Below are positions 63,958 to 64,000 of a stretch of 64,000 nucleotides of DNA, in pieces. The stretch is taken from assembly GCF_001194135.2 (NCBI RefSeq), contig NC_068985.1, positions 83,393,982 through 83,457,981 on the forward strand, read 5' to 3'. Source of the DNA: Octopus bimaculoides (Eukaryota). Position numbers and translations under genes: made by a program. Position 1 is the stretch's first letter, and each line of letters begins with the position of its first letter. Under the pieces are notes generated by a model that had not been told where the DNA came from, did no database searches, and saw only the letters and a program-made list of their open reading frames with translations.

Positions 63958-64000
<43 letters not shown>
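63925..64000. repeat. (ATCT)n then (TA)n running off the window
   Basis: Direct inspection. Confidence 0.95.

Overview
AT-rich, repeat-saturated animal genomic DNA from a fragmented assembly, with 22 N-gaps (about 6 kb) that are mostly flanked by (TA)n. The repeats are several tRNA-derived SINE families, RTE LINE 3' ends with (GAT)n tails, mariner remnants and very dense di/tri/tetranucleotide microsatellites. This repertoire points to an octopus (cephalopod) genome; that is an inference. I could not support any host protein-coding exon, and almost all ORFs in the track are microsatellite or N-run read-throughs. The window looks like intergenic or large-intron DNA. The protein-like ORFs I could recognise are decayed transposon pieces: mariner transposases (1.6-2.3, 13.5-14.3 and 59.5-60.2 kb), RTE reverse transcriptase (44-45, 57 and 62 kb) and the C-terminal endonuclease domain of a CRE-like retrotransposon (40.4 kb). 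The most interesting observations are a Penelope-type minimal hammerhead-ribozyme fold (8.75 kb), a mariner derivative built from two left ends nested in a SINE (13.5-14.3 kb), the CRE-like remnant that mimics an exon, a ~195-bp near-perfect hairpin element inside a locally amplified SINE array (53 kb), and SINEs carrying an internal microsatellite. I found no convincing wholly new functional system. SINE coordinates are approximate and only representative copies are listed.
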